Positions 41,208 through 50,305 of a stretch of DNA of 64,000 bases are shown here, one piece after another. Under the pieces are notes generated by a model that worked only from the letters and a program-made list of their open reading frames with translations, did not search any database and was not told the origin of the DNA. A program made the translations under genes and the position numbers. The stretch comes from Candidatus Latescibacterota bacterium (lineage in GTDB: Bacteria; Latescibacterota; UBA2968; UBA8231). How positions within the stretch are numbered: the stretch's first letter is position 1; every line of letters begins with the position of its first letter. The DNA lies in contig OZ242318.1 of assembly GCA_965208105.1 (NCBI GenBank), forward strand, positions 4,384,001 through 4,448,000, written 5' to 3'.

Positions 41208-42192
41208 CCAGAATGGCTCTCCATTTGATGGGGCGGAGGTCACCTTCGCCGTAACTGCAGGCGATGGGAGCCTGTCCGTAGGGACGGCTTTGTCGGCCTG
41301 GCGCGGCCGCGCCTCCACCACCCTGACTTTGGGACGCACGCCGGGGATCAACACAGTAACTGCAACGGTTGGTGATCTCGATCCGGTGACTTTCACCGCT
41401 GTAGGGATAGCCATTCCCCAGGCATTTACAAAGTTTTCCGGCGAGGGGCAGCAGGGCCCAGCAGGAGTTTCGTTGACCGAGCCCTTCGTGGTCGAGGTCA
41501 GGGATCAGAACGGGAACCCCCTGGCGAGTGCCCAGGTCACCTTCGCCGTCGCCTCGGGAGGTGGGACTCTTTCCACAACCACCGCCACCACCGATTCCAG
41601 CGGGCGCGCCTCAAGCACTCTGACCCTTGGGCGCGGTTCGGGGACCAATACCGTCGAAGTAACAGTGGCCGAGCTGGAGCCGGTTATCTTCAGTGCCCTC
41701 GCAGAAACTTCTACCGATTTCGACGGGGACGGGGTGACCAATTTCGCCGACTTCTTCCTCTTCGCCGACGCCTTCGGCGGCACCGACCCGCGCTTCGACC
41801 TGGACGGCAGCGGGGTGGTGGACTTCGGCGACTTCTTCATTTTCGCCGACGCCTTCGGCCAGCCGGCGCGGGCCAAGCTGCTGGCCCTGGCGGCGAAGCT
41901 GATCGGGCTTCCCGAAGGCCCGCAGCTTCAGCAGAACGCACCCAATCCCTTCAACAGCCAGACGGTGATCCCCTACTTCCTTCTTGCCCCCGGCCATGCG
42001 CGGCTGGAGGTGTATGCCCTGACCGGCCAGCGCGTGGCGGTATTGCATCAGGGCCCCCAGCCTGCGGGTCTGCACCGCATCCACTGGGACGGCCGCGGCG
42101 CGGAGGGGCGTCCCCTGGCCAGCGGCATCTACTTCTACCGGCTGGTGACGGCCGAGGAGGCTCTGACCCGCAAGCTCGTGCTGCTGCGCTAG
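41200..42192 (+). CDS. Segment 4: Big_1 Ig domains, EF-hand/dockerin pair, FlgD-Ig C-terminal domain
   Basis: DFDGDGVTNFADF, DLDGSGVVDFGDF, QNAPNPFNSQT, WDGR...ASGIYFYRL. Confidence 0.7.
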   Translation: MLDQNGSPFDGAEVTFAVTAGDGSLSVGTALSAWRGRASTTLTLGRTPGINTVTATVGDLDPVTFTAVGIAIPQAFTKFSGEGQQGPAGVSLTEPFVVEVRDQNGNPLASAQVTFAVASGGGTLSTTTATTDSSGRASSTLTLGRGSGTNTVEVTVAELEPVIFSALAETSTDFDGDGVTNFADFFLFADAFGGTDPRFDLDGSGVVDFGDFFIFADAFGQPARAKLLALAAKLIGLPEGPQLQQNAPNPFNSQTVIPYFLLAPGHARLEVYALTGQRVAVLHQGPQPAGLHRIHWDGRGAEGRPLASGIYFYRLVTAEEALTRKLVLLR

Positions 42193-42356
42193 TGTCCCGT
42201 CGCAGAGATATGTCGCCATTATTCCGCCGATCCATCCCGGCTCACGGCGTTGCCTTCACTCGCCGTACACCACTGGTACGACTCGCTCAGGCGCCTTGTG
42301 AGCCGGGCGCCTCGGCGGCCCAATTGCGTCAACCTATCTCTGCGACGGGACCCTAG
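42189..42356. mobile_element. MITE-like element with 18-bp terminal inverted repeats flanked by CTAG
   Basis: CTAG-TGTCCCGTCGCAGAGATA ... TATCTCTGCGACGGGACC-CTAG (17/18 match), no ORF inside. Confidence 0.75.
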
Positions 42357-42571
42357 GAGGTTCGTCAATCCCCATTGAGAGGGGAAACAGGCCGCCGTAG
42401 GGCCGCCTGGACTGCCGGACCGCCGAGTTGTAACCTATTAGGATTCTGGCTGGCACCCTTCCTGCCCCGAACCCCTCGCCGCATCCTGGAGGTCCTGGGG
42501 CAGAATCCGATCAGGCCGTGCGGGCCACTGTTCCAGCGAATCCGGGGTGGCGACACAGAGGGAGGAAATCG

Positions 42572-43003
42572 ATGAGCGCAAAGGATAGGTCCCAGGCGGG
42601 GAGCCGGGAGGTGGAGGAAGGAGGCAGGCTGCTGCTGGACTTCGACAAGCTCGGAAAGGTCGCCCGCTGCGGCGAAGACCTGGTGCCGGTGGCGGTGCAG
42701 GACGAGGTTAGCAAAGAGGTCCTTCTCGTGGCCTATGCCAACCAGGCCGCCCTGGAGCATACCCTTGAGCACAAGGTGGCTACCTTCTGGAGCACCTCGC
42801 GCAACGAACTCTGGGTCAAGGGCGCGACCTCCGGGGAATTCCTGGACCTGGTGGAAGTGCGGGTCAACTGCGAGCAGAATTCCCTCCTCTACCTGGTGAG
42901 GCTGCGCGGAGCCGGTGCCTGCCACACCAGGGGAGGGGACGGGAAGGCGAGGTTGGGCTGCTTCTACCGGAGGCTGGAGGGGGACGAACTGAAGCCATTG
43001 TAG
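42572..43003 (+). CDS. hisI: Phosphoribosyl-AMP cyclohydrolase
   Basis: FWSTSRNELWVKGATSG, NCEQNSL, ACHT, CFYR. Confidence 0.92.
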   Translation: MSAKDRSQAGSREVEEGGRLLLDFDKLGKVARCGEDLVPVAVQDEVSKEVLLVAYANQAALEHTLEHKVATFWSTSRNELWVKGATSGEFLDLVEVRVNCEQNSLLYLVRLRGAGACHTRGGDGKARLGCFYRRLEGDELKPL

Positions 43004-43135
43004 GGCGCGGTCCGACAGCAAAGGTTCCGGTCCCTCGCCGATACGTCCTGCTCCGTGAGGATGCGCCAGCCTTCCGATATTCGCCGAACGGCCGCGCGGT
43101 CCTCGCCCTCGCCGGCCGGGGGAGCCGATGCCCGG

Positions 43136-43951
43136 TCAGGTACCCAGCAGCGGCCGCAGCTCGATGGCGTGCTGGGCGAGCACCGCGTCGGCGTCGTGGC
43201 TGCTTCCCGGCTCGTGAATCACCTCGACCGAGCAGTAGCCGTCGAATCCCTCGGCGGCGAGCAGGCGCAGCGGGGTCCGGTAGTCGAAGGTCCCGGCGCC
43301 CAGAGCGGCGCTGACCTCAACCTGGCCGTCGACGATGCGGCCGTCGTGAACGTGGGCATGGAGGGTGTACTTGCCCAGCACCTGGAAGCTCTCCTCCACC
43401 TCCTCCATAACCCGCTGCGGGTGCATGAAGTCCCACAGAATCCGCAGGTGGGAACTTCCCGCCCGCTCCACCACTGCGCGCACCGGGGCCGAGGCGCACC
43501 ATTCGTCGTGGGTCTCCAGGAGCAGGGTCACACCGCGGCTTTCGGCGGCGGGCAGCACCTGGGCAAATCCCTCCACCACGTAGTCGACCACCGCCATCAA
43601 CTCGAGGCGCCGGTCCCGTTCCCCCCCGAAGACCCTCACCAGGCTGCAGCCCAGGTCGGCCGCGAGGTCGATGTATTTCTTGACCTCCTCAATTTGACCG
43701 GCGCGCTCGGCAGGGTCGGATGCGGCCATCCGCGCGCCGCTGGCGATACAGCAGACCTCCAGCCCTTCGGCCTCCATTCGAGACCGGATCCGCTCCCGCT
43801 CCCGGCCGCTGAGGGTGGCCTCGATGCCGCATGCGTGGCCCCATTCCACCCGCGGCTCGAGCCCCTGGTAGCCGTGGCGGTGCATTCCCTCCACTACCTG
43901 GTCCAGGGTCCAGTCTGGACATACGCTGCTCATGGCCGCCAGTCTGATCAT
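43136..43951 (-). CDS. Sugar phosphate isomerase/epimerase (xylose isomerase-like TIM barrel)
   Basis: LLETHD, WDFMH, HVHD, SVE metal ligands. Confidence 0.88.
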   Translation of the reverse strand: MIRLAAMSSVCPDWTLDQVVEGMHRHGYQGLEPRVEWGHACGIEATLSGRERERIRSRMEAEGLEVCCIASGARMAASDPAERAGQIEEVKKYIDLAADLGCSLVRVFGGERDRRLELMAVVDYVVEGFAQVLPAAESRGVTLLLETHDEWCASAPVRAVVERAGSSHLRILWDFMHPQRVMEEVEESFQVLGKYTLHAHVHDGRIVDGQVEVSAALGAGTFDYRTPLRLLAAEGFDGYCSVEVIHEPGSSHDADAVLAQHAIELRPLLGT

Positions 43952-44047
43952 GTTTCCGTCCTCTCCACGGTGCACCCGGCGAGGGAAGCGGCCGGGTCCG
44001 GCCGTTCCGGTCTGTGTCGGGAGAATTTCAGGTCCAGCCCTCCGCCT

Positions 44048-45520
44048 TCAGCTCATCCAGTCCTTGCGGTACTGGTCCGACCACTTGGTGGTGATTTTTT
44101 TCGACTTGGACCAGAAGTCGATGGCGCCGGGACCGGTTATGTCGCCTCCGAAGCTGCTCTGGTTCCAGCCCCCGAAGGCGAAAGGTTCCCGCGGCACCGG
44201 CACACCGATGTTGATTCCGATCATGCCGGAGCTGGCGCGTTCGCTGAAATGCTGGGCGACTGCGCCGGAGTTGGTGTAGATGGCCGCGGCGTTGCCGTAC
44301 GGATTGGCGTTCTCGATCTCCAGGGCCTCGTCCAGGTCCCTGCAGCGAATGACGGTAAGGGTCGGACCGAAGATCTCGTCGCAGGCGGCCTCGTGATCCG
44401 GGGCGGCGTGGTCAATGAGCGAGGGGCCGACATAATGGCCTTCGGGATGCGCCTCCGCGGAGATGGATCGGCGCCCGTCCACCGCCGCTTCGGCGCCGTC
44501 GGCCTCGGCCCGGTCGATATATCCTTCGATGCGCCGAAGCGCCTTGTCGCTGATCACCGCGCCAATGTCCCTGCCGGCCTCCATGCCGGCCATCTTCTCC
44601 CGCACCTTGTCGACGATGTGATCGGTGGCTCCCACGGCCAGAAGCACGCTCGCGGCCATGCAGCGCTGGCCGGCGCAGTCGGTGGAGGATGCGATGATGT
44701 TGGCGGCGGTGGTCTCCGGATCGGCGTCGGGCATCACCACCAGGTGGTTCTTGGCCCCGCCCATGGCGCGCACCCGCTTTCCGGCCGCGCAGCCGCGGTC
44801 ATATACCTTGCGGGCAACCGGGGTCGAGCCTACGAAGCCGAGGGCGGCGATGCCGGGATGGTCGCAGAGGGCTTCGACAATTTCGGCATCTCCATGGACT
44901 ACCGAAAATATGCCTGCCGGCAACCCGGCTTCGGCGAAGAGCCTGGCCACCTCCACGCCTCCCAGGGGCGTCTGCTCGGATGGCTTGAGGATGAAGGCGT
45001 TGCCCAGGCCGATGGCCATGGGGGCCATCCACAGCGGCACCATGGCGGGAAAGTTGAACGGGGTGATCCCGGCGACCACCCCCAGGGGATAGCGCAGGGT
45101 CTTGCACTCGATGCCGCGGCTTACCTCGAGCACGTTCCCGGCGGCGATCTGCGGCAGGCTGGTGGCGAACTCGATGCACTCGATGCCGCGCCCGACGCTG
45201 GCCGTAGCTTCTTCCTCGGTCTTGCCGTTCTCGAGGCTTATCAGCTCCGCCAGGCTCTCCGTTCGTTCCTCGAAGATGGCCTTTGCCCTGTACATAACCT
45301 GTACCCGCTCCTTGGTGGTCTGGGCTCCCCACTCCTCCTGGGCGGCGGCCGCACTCTCCACCACCGCGTCGAGCTCCGCCGCGGTGGTCACCGGGACCTC
45401 GGCGATGGCGCCGCCCGTGGCCGGGGCCCGCAGGGGCAGAATGCGCTCGGATATGCTCTCCACCTCCCGTCCGCCGACGATATTCGGCACTTTTGAGGCG
45501 GCAACTGTCTGGGTGCTCAT
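44048..45520 (-). CDS. mmsA: CoA-acylating methylmalonate-semialdehyde dehydrogenase (MmsA/IolA)
   Basis: ITPFNFPAMVPLW, KPSEQTP, GGAKNH, CAGQRCMA, GINIGVPVP. Confidence 0.92.
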   Translation of the reverse strand: MSTQTVAASKVPNIVGGREVESISERILPLRAPATGGAIAEVPVTTAAELDAVVESAAAAQEEWGAQTTKERVQVMYRAKAIFEERTESLAELISLENGKTEEEATASVGRGIECIEFATSLPQIAAGNVLEVSRGIECKTLRYPLGVVAGITPFNFPAMVPLWMAPMAIGLGNAFILKPSEQTPLGGVEVARLFAEAGLPAGIFSVVHGDAEIVEALCDHPGIAALGFVGSTPVARKVYDRGCAAGKRVRAMGGAKNHLVVMPDADPETTAANIIASSTDCAGQRCMAASVLLAVGATDHIVDKVREKMAGMEAGRDIGAVISDKALRRIEGYIDRAEADGAEAAVDGRRSISAEAHPEGHYVGPSLIDHAAPDHEAACDEIFGPTLTVIRCRDLDEALEIENANPYGNAAAIYTNSGAVAQHFSERASSGMIGINIGVPVPREPFAFGGWNQSSFGGDITGPGAIDFWSKSKKITTKWSDQYRKDWMS

Positions 45521-45548
45521 GGTGCAACTCCTCTCGTTTCGGTCTCGA

Positions 45549-46559
45549 TCAGGTGGGGCGAAGCTCCACCGGCCTGTTGGCGGCGCCGGAGCGGATGATC
45601 CCGTCGAGGACGCTCAGAACCTGCAGGTTGTTCCTGCCACTGGTTTCGGGTTCGGGACCGCCCCGCAGCCAGGCGGCGAAGCTGGAGGCCACCTGGCGGT
45701 CCAGGGGGGAGCGGTCGAGATTTTCGTCGATGGCCAGGGGCCGCAGGCCGGTCTGGCGATCCTCGCCATGGAACAGCTCCTCTTCGGGGCCGAATCCGCC
45801 CTGGCCGCGGTAGACCAGGGCAGCCCTGGCGCACTCCACCCGGAATTCGCACCAGTGGGTGCGCGCGTCCGAAGTGGATACCATGGCCATGCGGCAGCCG
45901 TTCTCGAATGTCAGCTCCGCGGTGACCGCCGCTTCGCGCCTCCACGTGGTCTCCGGAGGGCGGTAGGCGTGGCCATGGACCTCGACCACGGGCTGGTTCA
46001 TCATCGCAATCAGCGAGTCCACCTCGTGGACGGTCATCTGCCACAGTTGGGAATAGGGGGAGTCGGGGTACTCCGCGCCTCGCGCCTTGTAGGAGACCAT
46101 GTGTCCCGTCTGCGGGGTCCCGAAGGCGTTGGCGCCCAGCAGGCGGCGCACCGTGCGCTGTCCCGGCAGGTAGCGCCACTGCTGTGTGACCGCGATCTTG
46201 AGGCCGCGGGACTCGGCGGTGTCGAGCAGCCGCCGCGCCGATTCCAGCTCTACCGCGAAGGGCTTCTCGACCAGGACGTGCTTGCCCGCCAGCAGGGCCT
46301 TCTCGATCAGCTCTTCGTGGGTCCGGGCCCAAGTGGCGATCATCACACCGTCGCAGTCGGATTCCGCCAGCGCCTCGTCGAAGGAACGGTATCCCATTCC
46401 CGCAGGCAGGCTGAAATGCTCCAGCGCCTCGGCGAGCCGGCCGGGGTCCAGATCGACCAGCCCGGCCACCTCGAACTGAGCGGGGAGTTCAATGAAACTC
46501 CTCAGGTGGCTGCGGCCGCGGCCTGCCCCCGCCACGATCATGCGAATCGGTTCGGTCAT
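45549..46559 (-). CDS. Gfo/Idh/MocA family oxidoreductase
   Basis: GAGRGRSH, GKHVLVEKPF, VHEVD. Confidence 0.9.
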   Translation of the reverse strand: MTEPIRMIVAGAGRGRSHLRSFIELPAQFEVAGLVDLDPGRLAEALEHFSLPAGMGYRSFDEALAESDCDGVMIATWARTHEELIEKALLAGKHVLVEKPFAVELESARRLLDTAESRGLKIAVTQQWRYLPGQRTVRRLLGANAFGTPQTGHMVSYKARGAEYPDSPYSQLWQMTVHEVDSLIAMMNQPVVEVHGHAYRPPETTWRREAAVTAELTFENGCRMAMVSTSDARTHWCEFRVECARAALVYRGQGGFGPEEELFHGEDRQTGLRPLAIDENLDRSPLDRQVASSFAAWLRGGPEPETSGRNNLQVLSVLDGIIRSGAANRPVELRPT

Positions 46560-46587
46560 GGATATCTCCTTGGCAAAGTATTGCGGT

Positions 46588-48075
46588 TCAACCTTCTTCC
46601 CCCAACCTGTAGGAATAGAGGCTGGCGGCGTTGTCGGACTGGATGTGCAGGCGGATCCTGCGGCCGGCGAAGCGGGAAAGATCCCTGCCCTCCTCGCCCC
46701 AGGTAATCTCACAACTCACCTCGTCGCCGCATATCAGGCCGTTGCAGGCTTCGAAGGAAAATCCCGGCGCCTCCTCCATATCGTCGATCACCCGCACCAG
46801 CACCCTGGCAAAGGGGGCGGCGGCGTTGATGTAAAGCCTGGGAGCAGTGACCATGATGGGCTCGGTCATGACCTCTCCTCCACGGATGCCGCAGCGCAGG
46901 GCCACGAACCCGTCCTTGCGCAGGGTCGCCACACCGATGAAGCTCTCGAACATGCCCTGGGTCCCATGGGCCTGCGGTCGGCCCGAGTACCACATGTACA
47001 GGGTGTCGCCCCTGAGAACGGGAGGGTTGGCCGAGAAGGTCGCCCAGGCGCAGTCCCAGGAACCGGGAGACCCCACCGGAAGAAACTCCTCGCGCCTGCC
47101 GACCCGCTGCCAGTGGTCCAAGTCGCGGGCGGCCACCAGTTGGGTGGGTCCCAGCTCGGCCGCGGATTGGAGCACGCCCAGGAACCCCAGGTACTGGTTC
47201 CCGTAGACGAAGGGGGTCATCACGTAGAACTGGTCCATGGGGTGGTCGAAGTCGTCCGGCTTCAACACGGTCTTGAGCGCAGTCCAGTGGACGAAGTCGG
47301 GGCTGGTGGACATGGCGATGACGCGGCGGTACTTCTTCCACTCCACCACGAAGTGGTCCAGGATGGTGCCGTAGCGGCGCGAGGTGGCGATGTAGCGCCC
47401 CTGCATGGGATCGTGGACCAGGGTTCCTCCGTCGCCCCCCCGGGGAACGCAGATCTCCTCGCCCAGCTTCCAGTGGATGCCGTCGGCCGAGAAGAGGGAG
47501 TACATCCCGTGGTGGTCCTTTATTTTTTCCAGGAAAATCTTGCGCGCCTTGTTGCGTTCCTCGACGCTCATCCCGGTCTCGTCGAACCGGGGCGCGTCCT
47601 CGGTCATGCGCTGCTGGTAGATGCCCATCTTGTAGCGCCTGGAAGGGTCTTCCTCGTGAATGTCCTTGATGAAGCCCCAGGGGTCTCCGCCCAGATCCCC
47701 CATTTCCGCTGTGGGATAGACGATGTTGTTGGCTCGCGAGCCCTCGCAGGGAATGATGCCCAGCTCGGGTTTCTCCCACTCCACGCCGTCCCTGGAGGTG
47801 GCATAGCACATGAAATGACCGCTGCCGGTGCGAAGGTAGAGCTCCTCGTGAGCCGAGAGGTACCACATCTTGAACAAGCCCTCATCGTCGTCGAAGATCA
47901 CCGACCCCCACAACTGCACCGCCTTTCCCTCCCACGGTCTGTCGGGGCTCAGCACCGGCTCGGCCTGCAGGCGCCTGGGCTGCTGCACCTTGCGCACGAA
48001 TCCGGGATGGTCCTGGACCTCCGCGTCGTCGACGAAGAGATGCAGCCCAGGATCGTAGAGATTACCACCCTTCAT
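46588..48075 (-). CDS. GH32-like five-bladed beta-propeller protein
   Basis: LFVDD, ATSRDGVEWEKP, SADGIHW, SPDFVHW, LRKDGFVAL, LYSYR. Confidence 0.8.
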   Translation of the reverse strand: MKGGNLYDPGLHLFVDDAEVQDHPGFVRKVQQPRRLQAEPVLSPDRPWEGKAVQLWGSVIFDDDEGLFKMWYLSAHEELYLRTGSGHFMCYATSRDGVEWEKPELGIIPCEGSRANNIVYPTAEMGDLGGDPWGFIKDIHEEDPSRRYKMGIYQQRMTEDAPRFDETGMSVEERNKARKIFLEKIKDHHGMYSLFSADGIHWKLGEEICVPRGGDGGTLVHDPMQGRYIATSRRYGTILDHFVVEWKKYRRVIAMSTSPDFVHWTALKTVLKPDDFDHPMDQFYVMTPFVYGNQYLGFLGVLQSAAELGPTQLVAARDLDHWQRVGRREEFLPVGSPGSWDCAWATFSANPPVLRGDTLYMWYSGRPQAHGTQGMFESFIGVATLRKDGFVALRCGIRGGEVMTEPIMVTAPRLYINAAAPFARVLVRVIDDMEEAPGFSFEACNGLICGDEVSCEITWGEEGRDLSRFAGRRIRLHIQSDNAASLYSYRLGEEG

Positions 48076-48220
48076 ATTTCATCCTTGCCTGGGTAAGGCC
48101 GACCGGGATGGCGAGACCGGGGGCGCGGCAGGCGCGGCGCCGGGGCCGTCTCCGCGGAGGTTCCGTCTCCATGTGGCAACCTTCCGCATGGATTTGGGAG
48201 AGGGTTGCTCCATCCCCGGA

Positions 48221-49255
48221 TCAGCTCCCACCCGGGTACTCCTCTCGCCAGTCCTCGCCCTTGTCAGGTGCATAGTCCGGCGTTTCCAGCCCGGAGCGGG
48301 GGTAGTGGTAGGCGCGGGTGTCGGCTTCATCCTTGTAGACGTACCAGGTGCAGGGCGCGGCGGGGTTCAGGACGTGATCCAGGGGCCGGAAGGGACGGCC
48401 GTTGCGCCGTCCCGGAAGCCACTCCTTGGCGATGCAACAATGGGTGCAGTACCAGTGGACCCCGGTCTTCTGCCAGGTCCACGAGTGCGCTTTTTTGTTG
48501 GTGCCCCGCTCGCCCGCCGCATGAGGTCCGCGCCCGGTCTCCGGGTCGCCGCGGCGCAGAACGCCGCCGCTGCCGCAGAGCTCCATAACCATCTTGTAGC
48601 GGTCCCCCTCGTCCACCAGGGTCATGTCGCCGCGCCTCCGGTCACCGCTGAAGTGGCCGCCGCGCATGCCTTCCACGGTGAGGGCCAGCTTCTCGTGGGG
48701 CGTCATCTTGTTCCAGCTCTCGTAGCGCTCCCCCCAGATTCCGCGATGGGTTTCCAGGATCGACTCGAGGACGGTTTCTTCTCCCCAGGTCGCGGCGAGG
48801 TAGGTGAGCAGATCCTGGATCCAGGCCACCAGCACGTCGTGGGGGAATTTGAACTGGAGGCGCATGTGGTCGAGCAGTTCGACGGCCTCGACCGACCTGC
48901 CCGGGCCGCCGCTGCCCTGCCCGGCGATGGCCTCCTTACAGCGGTCGCGCAGGTCCACTCCGAAATCGTAGGTCTCCCAGGTCTGCAACAGGCTGGGGGC
49001 GAGGTTTCCCGCCTCCGCCGGATCGACTCCCTTGTGGGCCAGGATATAGCGCATGATATCCCGCAGCCAGGTTACGAGAATGTCGTGCATGATGCGCATC
49101 TCCTGGTGAAAATAGTCCACCAGGGCACAGGCCTCCTCCGATCGGCCGCGGGCGATGGCCTCCTCCGCCAGGGTCTGAGTAGAGACTCCAAGGGTTTCCA
49201 GATCGTCCATCCGCAGCAATCGGCCCAGGACGGCATTGTGTTCGAGCCTGATCAT
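48221..49255 (-). CDS. Uncharacterised Cys/His-rich protein with a duplicated helical N-terminus (possibly ATC-hydrolase/V4R-like metal-binding fold)
   Basis: ATGA overlap with the upstream gene. Motifs LCGSGG, WYCTHCC, PCTW; two HD(I/V)LV(T/A)W repeats. Confidence 0.8.
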   Translation of the reverse strand: MIRLEHNAVLGRLLRMDDLETLGVSTQTLAEEAIARGRSEEACALVDYFHQEMRIMHDILVTWLRDIMRYILAHKGVDPAEAGNLAPSLLQTWETYDFGVDLRDRCKEAIAGQGSGGPGRSVEAVELLDHMRLQFKFPHDVLVAWIQDLLTYLAATWGEETVLESILETHRGIWGERYESWNKMTPHEKLALTVEGMRGGHFSGDRRRGDMTLVDEGDRYKMVMELCGSGGVLRRGDPETGRGPHAAGERGTNKKAHSWTWQKTGVHWYCTHCCIAKEWLPGRRNGRPFRPLDHVLNPAAPCTWYVYKDEADTRAYHYPRSGLETPDYAPDKGEDWREEYPGGS

Positions 49256-50283
49256 TGGACCTCCTCCCGCACCTGCCGGGCCGCCTGCACCAGGACCTTC
49301 ATCTTCTCCAGCGCCAGCCAGCGCACGGTCTGGCTGAAGCCGCAGTCCGGCGCCACCCACAGCTTGTCCGCGGCGCAGTACTCCAGGGCGCTGCGGATTC
49401 GCCCCGCCACCACTTCCACCGGCTCCAGGTCGCGCCCCTTGACGTCTATGACGCCGGCGCAGAGGATCTTGTCACCGCCGTATTCCCGCCACAGTTCAAT
49501 CTCGTCCATGCCGCGGCTTGCGAACTCTATGTGGATTACGTCGGCTTCGAGGTCCTTGAAATGGGGGGCAAAGGCCGCAAAGCTGCGGTTCGAGGTGGCC
49601 GGCCGGCCGCGAAAATTGCCGAAGCATAGATGGAAGCCGATGGTGGCCTCGATCCCTTCGACGCAGGCGTTGAAGATTTCCACCATCTCCTGCGCTCCGC
49701 CGGGGACGATCCAGTAGGCGGGCTCGTCGAACTGCACGTGGCTGCAGCCGGCCGCAACCACGGCGCGCAGCTCCCTGTTGACGTAGGGCACCAGGGCCCA
49801 GGCTATCTCCCCTTTGTTGGCATAGATCTTTCCCGGGTCGATGCGGAAGGCCTGGGTGATCGGACTTTGCAGCGGGGCGATCAGCGGCAGTTCGGTGCGG
49901 CTGCGGGCGTACTTCCATTCCTCCACGATGCCATAGCCGCCGGGCACCTCCAGGGACTCCACGCAGCGGAAGGATTCCAGCCGGTCGGGGCCGGGATAGC
50001 CCCATTTGCGCGGGAATTCCAGCGGCTCGAGGCCGCGCACGAAGTGGTGGAAGTTCCAGGTGAAATCGGCGCGCTGCATCTCGCCGTCGGAAATGATGTC
50101 GAGGCCGGCCTCCTCCATGTCCATGATGGCGAGGTTGACGGCGTCCTTGAGCGCCTCGTCGATGTCGGCCGGCCCCATCTTGCCCTCCTCCACCGCCTCG
50201 CGCACCACCCACATCCAGCTCGGGATGCCGTGGCTGCCGATGGCCTGGGTGGGAATCAGGGGTAGATTCTCGTATGTCAGCAT
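49252..50283 (-). CDS. Cobalamin-independent methionine synthase II family (single-barrel MetE-like) protein
   Basis: GLDIISDGE, QFDEP, Zn ligands HLC...E...PDCGF. There is no N-terminal folate-binding barrel. Confidence 0.9.
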   Translation of the reverse strand: MLTYENLPLIPTQAIGSHGIPSWMWVVREAVEEGKMGPADIDEALKDAVNLAIMDMEEAGLDIISDGEMQRADFTWNFHHFVRGLEPLEFPRKWGYPGPDRLESFRCVESLEVPGGYGIVEEWKYARSRTELPLIAPLQSPITQAFRIDPGKIYANKGEIAWALVPYVNRELRAVVAAGCSHVQFDEPAYWIVPGGAQEMVEIFNACVEGIEATIGFHLCFGNFRGRPATSNRSFAAFAPHFKDLEADVIHIEFASRGMDEIELWREYGGDKILCAGVIDVKGRDLEPVEVVAGRIRSALEYCAADKLWVAPDCGFSQTVRWLALEKMKVLVQAARQVREEVQ

Positions 50284-50305
50284 TCAGGTTCACTCCGGTA
50301 TTGGG

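Larger units (their letters stand above)
37538..42192 (+). pseudogene. Giant secreted protein (metzincin + ~17 WD40 repeats + Big_1 Ig domains + EF-hand/dockerin + FlgD-Ig sorting domain) broken by three single-base frameshifts
   Basis: Frames join after correcting one base near 38022, 39682 and 41198, giving about 1550 aa. The signal peptide is at the start and NAPNPFN...RKLVLLR at the end. Confidence 0.8.

Noticed and set aside
42357-42571. Riboswitch or His attenuator upstream of hisI
   Set aside because: No His-codon leader peptide and no ZTP or T-box consensus is visible.
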